From: an uncultured Clostridia bacterium
GTDB lineage: Bacteria; Bacillota; Clostridia; Oscillospirales; UMGS1783
Assembly (NCBI GenBank): GCA_937991645.1
Contig: CALKPL010000037.1
Span: forward strand, 9,168-73,167
DNA length: 64,000 bases
Reading direction: 5' to 3'
The notes beneath the pieces were generated by a model. The model did not search any database. It was not told the origin of the DNA and saw only the letters and a program-made list of their open reading frames with translations. Each line of letters opens with the position of its first letter. The first letter of the stretch is position 1. Positions 45,035-55,162 of this stretch are shown here, in pieces. The translations under genes were made by a program, and so were the position numbers.

Positions 45035-47105
45035 GTACATCACCTCTGGACTGTCGCTGATAGCCATATGCCTTTGCAAACCGTTTCATAATCCCTTCCT
45101 CATCGTACATACCCTGAATGTATTCCTGGAGGAGCGGTTGCAGATAATCCGTCCAAAGCTGGTCAAAGTCCAGTGTTTTCAGCTTCAGGAAGTAAGAAGC
45201 ACCGATTTGATAATTCTCATTCAAATCCTCAACGGCAGCAATTTCCTTGTTAAGGGCAGCCATTCTTCTGATTGCTTCAGCCTCCAACTCCTCGTTTTCC
45301 AGCAAGGCCAGCATCTCAAGGCGTTCGTCTGCCCGAAGCTCCACAAAGCGGAAACGACGGCGCATAGCAAAATCGAAGCTATCCACAGAACGGTCAATAT
45401 CATTCATCGTGCCGATGATATAGACGTTTTCGGGAATGTAGAACTTTTCATCCGGGTTGGGGTGCAGATTGGAATACTGCGTAGATATCTCACCGGATCT
45501 TCCACGATAACCAGGGTCGATGGCAAAGAACAGTTCACCGAAGATTTTAGATATTTCACCACGGTTAATCTCATCGATGATGAAAATGAATTTTTTCAAT
45601 TCGGTCTGTTTTGCATGAATCTTGGAACCGGTAGCTTTTCTCGCCTTGATGGCTTTGTAGATAGCGAAGTCGTAGGAGTATGCCTGCGTTGCGAAGGACT
45701 TTCCGAAGAAGGACGTGATGTCCTTGATTTTCTCGAACCGAAGACCGGACTCCAACATTCTCCGAACCTCATCAAGATTTAGTGCGAGTTTGTTAACCGT
45801 TGCATTGCCAGGGATAGAGATATTAATGTGGCTGTCATCTACGCTTACGATGGTAAATTCATTGCCATTGATGGTTTTGAAGGAATCAACGCCCAATTCC
45901 AGGCTGGCGAAAAATTCTGCCATTGCTTCCTGAACTGAGAGTTCCTTTTCGACCGTTTCTTTGGATTTCTGTGAATCCTCGTAGTTCTTTCTGGCGCGAG
46001 TAACAAACTTTTTGAAAATGCCGTCCTGCAGTTCAAAACCCATAGTACCGTCATCGTTGACCCTCGGTCTCAAACCTTCAACAAAATCAGAGTAATCGTA
46101 GCTCGGATGGAACTGGACGAATTCCACCTGTCTCTTCTGCTCATCTGTCAGCAGGGTGTAATCGTCAAAATATCCGTTGCTGATAATATCCGCAGCGATT
46201 TCCTTTGCAAGGTAAGACTTGCCAGTACCCGGAGCGCCTCTGAAGATCAGATTTTTAGATTCAATCAGCATAGAGGAGAACGGATTCCTGTATCCTTTGA
46301 ACTGCTGAACCAATTCCTCTTGGGCAGCGGCTTCTGCCTCCTCGACAACAGTTTCTTTTTCATCTTTTTCTCGGTATGTCAGTACAAACTGGTCTCCCGG
46401 TTCACCGAACCGCTTCAAGCATTCCTGAACGAAACTAATTGTGGAGAAGATATTCCAACAGTAAATGACGAACTGACGGCCGTTGTCATAACCGTAGGTC
46501 ATGTATTCTATGGTCTTGCGGTGCTTTTTGTATTCATCGACACTTGCAAAGATGCCGCAAATCATCTCACTGTCCGGGTTGTATTTGCATACAGGAAAAC
46601 TCTCCTTATCCTCAACAGACAAAGATGCAATCTGCTTTTCAAAAACCTGGCAGGCGATGCGAGGCAGGGTCTGATTGGAATTTCTTCTCTCACCCTTGCT
46701 GTAGGCGCGCTTGATCACCTCGCCAGTTGCCTTTTTGAAGGAGACATCAAGGGGCTTATAGTTGTCACCTAGGCTGATATTATCCATCGTGAACCGCTCG
46801 TCTGTAGATACCACACTTTCGGCGGTGATGGACAGTTCGAACTTTTCCTGCTGCTTTGTCTCAATAGTAAAGCCCTGGCCTTCCAGAAAGCTTTTTGCTT
46901 CTACGGCATTAAAGCCGTCCGTAGAAATATTTGTTCCGTTTGCCAAATAGTCAGCAACAGCCACTACATATTTCGGTGGATACCGCTTTCCGTCATCGGT
47001 TACAAGTTCGTATTTTGTGCTTTGATTATGAAAAGGGACACCATTCTCATCGATGTATTTTAAGGCATCCATGACGTATTCCTTTTTGAATTTTGGTATA
47101 GCCAT
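45009..47105 (-). CDS. mcrB: McrB-like AAA+ GTPase with about 290 aa of N-terminal putative DNA-recognition region
   Basis: Walker A FRGAPGTGKSYLAKEIA, Walker B FIFIIDEINRGEISKIFGELF, and the McrB signature IIGTMNDIDRS. The N-terminus contains GKRYPPKYVVAVA. Confidence 0.9.
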   Translation of the reverse strand: MAIPKFKKEYVMDALKYIDENGVPFHNQSTKYELVTDDGKRYPPKYVVAVADYLANGTNISTDGFNAVEAKSFLEGQGFTIETKQQEKFELSITAESVVSTDERFTMDNISLGDNYKPLDVSFKKATGEVIKRAYSKGERRNSNQTLPRIACQVFEKQIASLSVEDKESFPVCKYNPDSEMICGIFASVDEYKKHRKTIEYMTYGYDNGRQFVIYCWNIFSTISFVQECLKRFGEPGDQFVLTYREKDEKETVVEEAEAAAQEELVQQFKGYRNPFSSMLIESKNLIFRGAPGTGKSYLAKEIAADIISNGYFDDYTLLTDEQKRQVEFVQFHPSYDYSDFVEGLRPRVNDDGTMGFELQDGIFKKFVTRARKNYEDSQKSKETVEKELSVQEAMAEFFASLELGVDSFKTINGNEFTIVSVDDSHINISIPGNATVNKLALNLDEVRRMLESGLRFEKIKDITSFFGKSFATQAYSYDFAIYKAIKARKATGSKIHAKQTELKKFIFIIDEINRGEISKIFGELFFAIDPGYRGRSGEISTQYSNLHPNPDEKFYIPENVYIIGTMNDIDRSVDSFDFAMRRRFRFVELRADERLEMLALLENEELEAEAIRRMAALNKEIAAVEDLNENYQIGASYFLKLKTLDFDQLWTDYLQPLLQEYIQGMYDEEGIMKRFAKAYGYQRQSRGDVHEATQDQG

Positions 47106-47132
47106 ACTGATCCTCCAATATTATTTTCATTT

Positions 47133-48635
47133 TTACAGCCTTTGCTTTGTGCCGAGAGGGGGAACGCCAATCTCGGTTAAAAACGCATTGCAGGTTTCAA
47201 TGTCCTGCTGATAAAAACCTGTGAACAGGTACTTATAAGCCTCTTGTTCTTTGTCGCCATCAACAAAGGTCATTCCACCGAGCCTCAACACCTCTTGCAT
47301 CTCTTGTAGATCCAATCCCAAACCAACTCCCATTGCTATCAGCGGGCGCATCGTAAATTTGTGCGTTTCGCCCTGTACGCGGGAGAAGTTCATTTTGTCC
47401 AACCCCGTTTTGCTTTCAAATGTATACTCGTACCAGTTCTCTTCGGCCATGCGTTTTTTCATCCATGCTGCGGGAGTAGTAGCAGTGGCCTGTGCGCGCT
47501 TTAGTTTTTTCTCAAAATCCTTCGCCTTATTGAATAGTTCCGTATTCTGCGTATTCGCATCATAGGCGGATTCTGTGTTAAAAACACTATCAGATCGGAA
47601 CATCATTTGAGAGGCTCCGTGCATCAAGCTGTCAGGAATCAGCTTGATAGAGAAATCAAGTGTACATTCAGCAAGATGCTCTTTTGCATAAGGCGTCATT
47701 GATTTGACGCCATTTCCAGCATCAAACAAATAACGGTCATCATTCAGAACGAAATATCCCTCGGAAAAGCAGAATACGCCTGTATCTAATGTCGCACGTA
47801 ACAAATCATTTTCACGATACAGCTTAAACGCATCGAGCGGTGAAATGGGGCGTTGATGCCGTTTCGCTTGCGTCGCCTTACGATGCTGAATTTGACTCGC
47901 AGGAGCGTTGGATTCACCCGCACAATATGCCTCAGCTTCACCATATCCCAATTCATACATTCGTATGGCAGCTGACTGTCGGGACACTTCAAAAAAATCT
48001 GCTACATTGTCGATTACATATTCAGTTACGATGCTACGGTCTGCGTTTGGATTATCTGCAAGAAGCACCTGGTAAATATGGTCGACCTTTTTCTTGAATG
48101 CGGTTCGTGGCATGAGTATTTTGGGTGCAATTGTTTTTGCCTGCCACTCCATTTTATCAATATCAGACCACTGTCCACCGATCAAGCTCCCGGTAGTTGA
48201 AATTCCTCTGTTACAGCGGAATGCAAACTCTGTCCCATTTTCATGGTTTCGCTTGTAATTAAAGTAATTCCGATGCCGCCACCAATGGAAGCATTCATGA
48301 GCCAAAGTATTATTGAACCGTCCGATATTCATGATATCTGCATCAACGAAAATCGAAGGTTGTGACACCTCATATCCGATGGTTTCTTCGGCAGACCAGT
48401 CATACACTTCAATGATGCCCTTCGTAAATGCGATGGCACCTTGAACACTACCATCGAATGACAAATACTCCGTATCAATGATTTCCAGAGACATAAGCCT
48501 TGTGGCAATATCCCGGATCGGTATGGGTCTGGGATTGTCTATGGCATCAGCGCATTCGTATTTTGTCAGAAATGCCTCGGCTTCTTTTTCATAATCAGCC
48601 ACATAATGCATAAATGGGTTTGCAGCCTTTGCCAT
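47133..48635 (-). CDS. ImmA/IrrE-type (Peptidase_M78/DUF955) zinc metallopeptidase with a long uncharacterised C-terminal region
   Basis: HEXXH motif in NNTLAHECFHWWRH. About 350 further residues end in an Xre-HTH-like segment (RPLIAMGVGLGLDLQEMQEVLRLGGMTF). ATG 48635 follows AGGAGG, 18 nt after the hsdR stop. Confidence 0.75.
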   Translation of the reverse strand: MAKAANPFMHYVADYEKEAEAFLTKYECADAIDNPRPIPIRDIATRLMSLEIIDTEYLSFDGSVQGAIAFTKGIIEVYDWSAEETIGYEVSQPSIFVDADIMNIGRFNNTLAHECFHWWRHRNYFNYKRNHENGTEFAFRCNRGISTTGSLIGGQWSDIDKMEWQAKTIAPKILMPRTAFKKKVDHIYQVLLADNPNADRSIVTEYVIDNVADFFEVSRQSAAIRMYELGYGEAEAYCAGESNAPASQIQHRKATQAKRHQRPISPLDAFKLYRENDLLRATLDTGVFCFSEGYFVLNDDRYLFDAGNGVKSMTPYAKEHLAECTLDFSIKLIPDSLMHGASQMMFRSDSVFNTESAYDANTQNTELFNKAKDFEKKLKRAQATATTPAAWMKKRMAEENWYEYTFESKTGLDKMNFSRVQGETHKFTMRPLIAMGVGLGLDLQEMQEVLRLGGMTFVDGDKEQEAYKYLFTGFYQQDIETCNAFLTEIGVPPLGTKQRL

Positions 48636-48653
48636 AGACAGCCTCCTAACCAA

Positions 48654-51650
48654 TTAGTCTGTTTGCGTTCCTTCGCGCAGGATTCGATAGATTTCTGTCA
48701 TAAAGACATTTGCAAATTTCGCACGAATTTCCTCGTTATTGAGGAGTAGCGTATAGAAATCCGCATTCTGGTCATAACCTTCAACCAATGCGTCCTGGAC
48801 ACAGTCGTCATAGGTGAACTTGAACTCGTTGAGGGTGTTGTTTTTTGCACTCTTTTCAAGACGCTCTTTGAGTGCAGCGTTCTTCAAAAGTAGGTCACGA
48901 ATCTGCATGGCGGCTTTCGTAGTGAAATCCGGCTCGTAGTCCTTATCGTACAGGGCGTTAACCTCATCGATAATCTGGGAGAGGAGCTTTTTCTGTTCCT
49001 CCTCAAGACTTGCAGGCTTCGGTTTCTTGATTTTCACTTCAGGCTTGGCTTCGATTTCCTCGCCCTGGTGCTTTTCCAGCTGCTTCTGTCTGAAATCGCT
49101 GACGGTAATTTTATCAGCAATATCAAAGTTGTTTCCACCACCACCGGGGTTCAATTCCTTAATCAAATAAGAAAGGAAATTGTATCGCTTATGGAATTCG
49201 AGGTTTTCATAGGCGGTAGCCTGGATAAGGAAACAATAGCCTTTCAGGAATCGGCGGATGGTAATCTTGATCTCCATCTGCTCCAATTCGGGGCGTTTGG
49301 TAATTTTCTTCAAAGCCCCATCCAATAACGACCACATACGCTGCTTGTCCCGTGCTGTGCGGTTATCCTTGTAGAGGTATGTATTGAATTCATCAACATC
49401 GTCCGCATCAAGGAAGTCATACGCATCAATTTCACGATCCATGTCACGAATATCGGACGGAGAAATTGTTTCAAAAAGGATGGTGTCTTTGTAATACGGC
49501 TCAAATGCCGCTTTGATATCATCGTAGCTGTTTTTAAAGTCCAACACAAAGGTAGTCTTATCGTAAGGCGGACAAATTCTGTTCAGTCGAGAGAGGGTCT
49601 GGACGGCCTGAACTCCACGCAGGCGCTTGTCCACATACATTGCCACCAGTCTCGGCTGGTCAAAGCCAGTCTGATACTTATCTGCAACGATAAGCACTTG
49701 ATAACAACTGCGGTCAAACTCGTAACGCAGGTCTTCCTCTTTGAAACCGTTCATGCCGGTTTCAGTGTATTCCTTGTCGTCCAGTTTGACCTTGCCAGAG
49801 AATGCCACCAGAGCCTGAATGCCCGTATAGCCACGCGCCTGAATATACCGTTCAAATTCCTGGCGGTATTTTACAGCAGCCGGGCGAGAAGAAGTGATAA
49901 CCATAGCCTTTGCCTTACCACCAAGGCACCCGGCCACATTTGCTCTGAAATGCTCAATGATGATTTCGACCTTCTGTGCGATGTTGGTATCATGCAGGTC
50001 GATAAAGCGAGCCATCTTACGCTTTGCGGCGATAGACTGGAGTTCCGGGTCATCCTGGATTGCCTTATTGATATGGCAGTAAGTTTTCCAGGTCACATAG
50101 TTGTCCAAAACATTAAGGATATAGCCCTCCTCAATGGCTTGCTTCATAGAATACAGATCGAAGGATTCCTTCTTACCTTCAGCGTTCAGAGTGCCGAAAA
50201 GCTGAAGGGTATCCGGCTTCGGTGTAGCAGTAAAGGCAATCATAGAAACATTGCTCTGCTTGCCACTCTTCTGGATTTCCTCAAGCATCTTGTCTTCTTC
50301 AGTCTTTTCCTCCTCGTCCTCCTCATTGGCGAGGACATTGGTTACGGACTGCATATAGACACCCTCAGTAGAAGAATGTGCCTCGTCAATCAGTACAGCA
50401 AACTTCTTGCCCTTAAGGTTTCCGAGCAGATTGTTGTTGAGAATGTAATAGAATTTATGAATGGTGGTAACAACGATCTTAGTGTTGCCGCCGAGTGCGA
50501 TAGCCAGGTCCTCGGAATCGCACCTATCATCCATAACCTTGACCTGTCCGCTTTTGTGCTCGATGCCGAGAATGGCCTCTTGCAGCTGACGGTCAACAAT
50601 GATACGGTCAGTGATAATCAGCACCGTATCAAAAATATTTTCATTGGCGGCATCGTGAACCGTCGCGAGAATGTGAGCAAGCCAGGAAATGGTTTCGGTC
50701 TTGCCGCTGCCCGCAGAATGTTCAATAAGGTAATTGCAGGAGGTGTGGTTCTCGATAACATCGTTCATAACCCGCTCAACAGCACGAAGCTGATGGAAAC
50801 GTGGGAAAATGAGCACCTTGGACTTTTTGATTTTGCCGGTATCAGCATCCTTGCGCTCTTTCTTTTTGATATAGATGAAACGCTCGATGAGGAACAGGAT
50901 TTTATCCTTCGTCCAGATGTTCTCCCACATATAGGAGACGTTCACGCCGTTCTGATTGTGGGGATTTCCCTTGCCGAAGTTTTCACCAATGTTGAACGGA
51001 TTGAAGAAGGTATCGGGGCCCTTCAGTTCCGTGGTGAAATACACTTCATTCAGGTCCATGGCAAACGCAGCAAATACGCCAACCCTGCTCTTGAAAAGGC
51101 GGGTGGAAGGATCGCGCTCATTCTTGTACTGCTTAATGGCGTCCTCGTAGCTTTGACCGGAGGTGTTGCATTTCAGTTCAACTGTGAAGATAGCCAAGCC
51201 ATTCAGAAAAATAACGAGGTCAATGCGTTCGTCAGCCTTGTGATATACCTCTTCCATTACGGAGAAGATATTTTTTCGGTAGTTCGCAACAGCCTGGGTG
51301 TTGATGGTGCTGTCCGGCTTGCGATACATCAGCCGAAGGGTAACACCATTATCGAACTCTACGCCGTGCTTGATAACATCGATCAGGCCACGGCTTTCCT
51401 TGTTGATTTCCGAGTTGATGTAATTAATGACCGTATCGTTGGTGCGGTCTTTATACATACGGCGCAGACGCTCCATTTCATCGTGCTGCGTATCCTCCAG
51501 AAACTCAAGCAGGACTTCGGTATCCATTGCCAACCCAGGCTTATAGGCTGTGTTGGGACGGATACGGAATTTGTTATCCTCTTCCAAACGCTCCAGAATC
51601 AACTTTTGGAAATCTTCTTTTTCTCTCAGCTGGTCTGCTCTGATAGGCAT
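48654..51650 (-). CDS. hsdR: type I restriction enzyme R subunit
   Basis: 998 aa. Helicase motif I HSAGSGKTETISW, motif II VLIDEAHSS, and later motifs VAFSGK and QTGFDQP. Confidence 0.95.
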   Translation of the reverse strand: MPIRADQLREKEDFQKLILERLEEDNKFRIRPNTAYKPGLAMDTEVLLEFLEDTQHDEMERLRRMYKDRTNDTVINYINSEINKESRGLIDVIKHGVEFDNGVTLRLMYRKPDSTINTQAVANYRKNIFSVMEEVYHKADERIDLVIFLNGLAIFTVELKCNTSGQSYEDAIKQYKNERDPSTRLFKSRVGVFAAFAMDLNEVYFTTELKGPDTFFNPFNIGENFGKGNPHNQNGVNVSYMWENIWTKDKILFLIERFIYIKKKERKDADTGKIKKSKVLIFPRFHQLRAVERVMNDVIENHTSCNYLIEHSAGSGKTETISWLAHILATVHDAANENIFDTVLIITDRIIVDRQLQEAILGIEHKSGQVKVMDDRCDSEDLAIALGGNTKIVVTTIHKFYYILNNNLLGNLKGKKFAVLIDEAHSSTEGVYMQSVTNVLANEEDEEEKTEEDKMLEEIQKSGKQSNVSMIAFTATPKPDTLQLFGTLNAEGKKESFDLYSMKQAIEEGYILNVLDNYVTWKTYCHINKAIQDDPELQSIAAKRKMARFIDLHDTNIAQKVEIIIEHFRANVAGCLGGKAKAMVITSSRPAAVKYRQEFERYIQARGYTGIQALVAFSGKVKLDDKEYTETGMNGFKEEDLRYEFDRSCYQVLIVADKYQTGFDQPRLVAMYVDKRLRGVQAVQTLSRLNRICPPYDKTTFVLDFKNSYDDIKAAFEPYYKDTILFETISPSDIRDMDREIDAYDFLDADDVDEFNTYLYKDNRTARDKQRMWSLLDGALKKITKRPELEQMEIKITIRRFLKGYCFLIQATAYENLEFHKRYNFLSYLIKELNPGGGGNNFDIADKITVSDFRQKQLEKHQGEEIEAKPEVKIKKPKPASLEEEQKKLLSQIIDEVNALYDKDYEPDFTTKAAMQIRDLLLKNAALKERLEKSAKNNTLNEFKFTYDDCVQDALVEGYDQNADFYTLLLNNEEIRAKFANVFMTEIYRILREGTQTD

Positions 51651-51651
51651 A

Positions 51652-52983
51652 TTACCGAACCTCCTTTACTCGTTTTTTGCCTGTGACATACTCAAATATT
51701 ACGGCAGCCATATGATTTTGCATGGTAAGCAGCTGACGCTCCTTTTCCGCAATAGTTGCATCAATAAGTGCCGTTTTATAGTCCAGCTCTGCTACTATAG
51801 CATCTTGCTCTTCTAACGGAGGAACAGAGATATTCTGTTTCTTCAAAATGCTGAACGGAGGGATATTTTTTATAGCACTACCGTTGCTATATTTTTCATT
51901 CATATATTCCAGTGCAACATCGAATAAGTAAATAAAATAAGATTTATTGAACCCATCTTTTATTCTTACCCTCATCAATGCCTGATTGATAATACCCGGC
52001 TCAATGTTGTCTGGTAGAACATAACACTTACCAATAGTGCCTGCGCAACTCACTATTATGTCGCCAGGAGCAACAGAAAAGTCCTTAAGTCCTCTATAAT
52101 CTTCGTAGGATAGATAATACCACCCCAGCGAAGCATCGCCCTGAATTGCATTCTTTTGCTCATAGACCTTAAAGGTGTTTTCACCCTTTTCTATAAACAT
52201 ATCGACAGTTACAGCACTTCCAAAGGGACCTTTTTTGTAAGTTGCGATATCCTGCATACGAAGGATTTCCCAATGTTCGGGAGTCGCTCCGCACCACTCT
52301 ATATGGCTATTCTTTTTCTGCACATCGGGGTTCAAACCGTGTGTAACAACTTCTGAAATATAAGTTTTTTTATATTTTTTCAGCAATGCAAGTTGTGCTT
52401 CCAGTTCAGTGATGATAGCCTGCAACTTTCCGCAATGAACATCCAAATAGTCTGCAATGGCTTCCTGTTCGGCATAATCTGGAAACGCATACAAAAATTC
52501 CGCAAAATCTCCTTGGTACAGATGCACAATTGTACTGTTGCCAGCATTTTTGTAGTTAAACCAGTTCCAAAACTCATCGGATTTAATCACCCAATAGAGA
52601 AACCGCTGGCTATATCCTTCGATAGGTACAATACGAAGAACGCCGCTATTAAGTGATGTTTCACCCGGCATATTCGTTACAATAGCAACCTTACCAATAG
52701 TACCGTCTTTGGTAATCAACAGATCGCCTTCCTGAATTTGAATATCCGTAGCTTCTTCCCAACGCTTCATAGGAACATGAACACAATTTTCCCAATCAAT
52801 ACCACCGTCAGCAAAATCAACTCCGGTGATAAGATATGCGCCCTCGTCCTGGTACTCTTCGGATGTCAATCCTTGCCATCCAATGCGTCCCTTCAACGTT
52901 GCCATATATTTAATTCGCTTGGTGTTCCAGGCAGTTGGAATTTCTCCAATCCACTGGATGCCAGTCTGTCTCATCTCTTCCAT
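51652..52983 (-). CDS. hsdS: type I R-M specificity subunit
   Basis: 443 aa with two target-recognition domains separated by coiled-coil conserved regions (LEAQLALLKKYKKTYISEV ... EKERQLLTMQNHMAAVIFEYVTG). Confidence 0.9.
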   Translation of the reverse strand: MEEMRQTGIQWIGEIPTAWNTKRIKYMATLKGRIGWQGLTSEEYQDEGAYLITGVDFADGGIDWENCVHVPMKRWEEATDIQIQEGDLLITKDGTIGKVAIVTNMPGETSLNSGVLRIVPIEGYSQRFLYWVIKSDEFWNWFNYKNAGNSTIVHLYQGDFAEFLYAFPDYAEQEAIADYLDVHCGKLQAIITELEAQLALLKKYKKTYISEVVTHGLNPDVQKKNSHIEWCGATPEHWEILRMQDIATYKKGPFGSAVTVDMFIEKGENTFKVYEQKNAIQGDASLGWYYLSYEDYRGLKDFSVAPGDIIVSCAGTIGKCYVLPDNIEPGIINQALMRVRIKDGFNKSYFIYLFDVALEYMNEKYSNGSAIKNIPPFSILKKQNISVPPLEEQDAIVAELDYKTALIDATIAEKERQLLTMQNHMAAVIFEYVTGKKRVKEVR

Positions 52984-55145
52984 TATTCTGCCCCTTTCTG
53001 CAAGGCAGCAATTTTTGCAGTAAGCGAAGACTCCAATTCCATGAATTGCGCCAGCAGATCATCAGCCTTTTCGGGCTCATGGTACACATAGAAATACCTG
53101 GTGAACGGGAATTCCGCACCCAATTTCTCTTTATTGGTAGCACTCTCCGCTTTGCTTTCGTCAAAGTCATAGAAGTAAATCGCATCCGGAATATGCGGAT
53201 ACACTTCAGCATCCATATAAGCCTTCTCGTCCTGATTGAGGCGAATAATTTCCGTGTCTTTTGTTGTCGGGTCGATAATCACACGGCCTTTTCTGTCCTT
53301 CTGGACAACAGCGGTCTTGTCAATAAACGACAGTTCCATGGCAATGCCGTTGAGACGAGAATCCGACATACCCTCAATACCTGCGAGAGCCTTTTTCAGT
53401 ACTGCTACGAATTTGGAAAAATCATCGTATTCCTTGTCAGACTCCTGCGCCTTCAACGCCTCAATTACAGCAGCAGTAAAGGTGCGACCCTTAATCTGCT
53501 TCTGATATGCCTTTTCGTCAGTAGCGTCACGAGGATCGGTCTGCTCCAATTCCTCAAATTTAGCTTCATTGAAAATGTTGGTATTGGCGGTGAAATAAGC
53601 GCTGGTACGAAGTGCCTCAATAGAAGCCGCATTGATAACACCACGGCGCTGTAAGGGCTGGTACACAGACCACTCCTTATACAGGAATTCCTCTCGGTCA
53701 AAAATCTTGCTCTCAATAACGCATTCGTGCTTGCGCTTTTCGCACCACTGAGTCTTTCTACCAGGTGCAAAATCCGCATAGATCTCAGTGATAAGGGTAA
53801 TCTGCTCCTTGGAGATTTCTCTACGCTTTTTGCCAAGAGAACGCTTCAGAGGAGTCCACATATCGGTTGCATCGATAAGCTGAACCTTGCCCTTGCGTTC
53901 TTTACGCTTGCCCTTGGACAAAATGAACGCATAGATTGCAATATCGGTATTGTAGAACAACTGAGAAGGCAGACCGATAATGGCTTCTATAAGATCATTC
54001 TCAAGCAGGTATCTTCTAATCTGGCTTTCACCACTTGTGGTATTGCCGGAAAACAGAGGAGAACCATTTGTGATAATAGCAGCTCTACCAACGCCTTTCT
54101 GCATTTTTGCAACGGCGTGCTGCATAAACAGCAATTGCATATCACCGGTTGTAGGCAATCCCGCCGGGAACCTGCCATTATTGCCTTTCTTGTATTCTTT
54201 GCGCACCGCTTTTTCAACACCATCGCCGGCATCTTTGCCGCCCCAAGCCTCACCAAAAGGTGGGTTGGCAATGACAAAACGCATGGAGGTATCTTCAAAG
54301 CAGTCCTCCTTCATGGTGTCAGCAAAGCGGATGTTTTCTGCAGTCTGGTTCTTAATCAGCATATCCGCAAGGCAGATAGCATGGGATTCAGGGCTGTTCT
54401 CCTGTCCGAACAGGCGCACATTGGCGTCCGGGTTCATACGCACGATGAAATCGTGTGCGGTAGAAAGCATACCGCCAGTACCGCAGGCCATGTCCAATAC
54501 GGTGATTTCTCTGCCTTCGGAGAAAATATCACTGCAACCTTCAGCAAGCAGAATGCTGGTGAGGAGGCGGATAACTTCACGAGGGGTGTAGTGATCGCCC
54601 GCAGACGCATTTTCAGAAAAGCGGCGGATGATTTCCTCGAACATATAGCCCATCTTGACATTATCGACTTTTTCGGGGTCGAGTTCGAGTTCAGAGAACT
54701 TTTTGACAACACCCAACAGTCGGTTATTTTTGTCGAGATTTTTGATTTCTTCCTTAAACTTCAGTTCTTCAAAAATTGCTTGGACATTCGGAGAGAAGGA
54801 CTCAATGTAAAAAGTCAGATTCTCTACGATGGCAGGTGCTTCGGTAAGCAGTTTCTTCAAATCAAATTCACAGGTATTGTAGAACTGATAGCCAGATTTT
54901 TTGCACAGCAACTGTGCAGGAGCCGCGGGGTTCTTCTTGAATGCGTCAACCACAGCCTTCTTTTTAGGCGCAAGAGCACACTCCAACCGGCGCAGGATAA
55001 TCATGGGAATGATGACATCCTTGTACTTGTCCGGCTTATAAGGACCACGCAGCGTATTTGCAATGGAGAATACCATGGCGATTTCTTTGGACGCATCTAT
55101 CGTTTTGTCGTCCATCATTACTTCGGTGATTTTTGTCTGTGCCAT
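52983..55145 (-). CDS. hsdM: type I R-M N6-adenine DNA methyltransferase subunit (long form, 720 aa)
   Basis: HsdM N-domain, SAM motif LDMACGTGGML and catalytic motif FVIANPPFG. About 230 aa of C-terminal extension. Confidence 0.95.
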   Translation of the reverse strand: MAQTKITEVMMDDKTIDASKEIAMVFSIANTLRGPYKPDKYKDVIIPMIILRRLECALAPKKKAVVDAFKKNPAAPAQLLCKKSGYQFYNTCEFDLKKLLTEAPAIVENLTFYIESFSPNVQAIFEELKFKEEIKNLDKNNRLLGVVKKFSELELDPEKVDNVKMGYMFEEIIRRFSENASAGDHYTPREVIRLLTSILLAEGCSDIFSEGREITVLDMACGTGGMLSTAHDFIVRMNPDANVRLFGQENSPESHAICLADMLIKNQTAENIRFADTMKEDCFEDTSMRFVIANPPFGEAWGGKDAGDGVEKAVRKEYKKGNNGRFPAGLPTTGDMQLLFMQHAVAKMQKGVGRAAIITNGSPLFSGNTTSGESQIRRYLLENDLIEAIIGLPSQLFYNTDIAIYAFILSKGKRKERKGKVQLIDATDMWTPLKRSLGKKRREISKEQITLITEIYADFAPGRKTQWCEKRKHECVIESKIFDREEFLYKEWSVYQPLQRRGVINAASIEALRTSAYFTANTNIFNEAKFEELEQTDPRDATDEKAYQKQIKGRTFTAAVIEALKAQESDKEYDDFSKFVAVLKKALAGIEGMSDSRLNGIAMELSFIDKTAVVQKDRKGRVIIDPTTKDTEIIRLNQDEKAYMDAEVYPHIPDAIYFYDFDESKAESATNKEKLGAEFPFTRYFYVYHEPEKADDLLAQFMELESSLTAKIAALQKGAE

Positions 55146-55162
55146 TACATCGTTCCTCCAAA

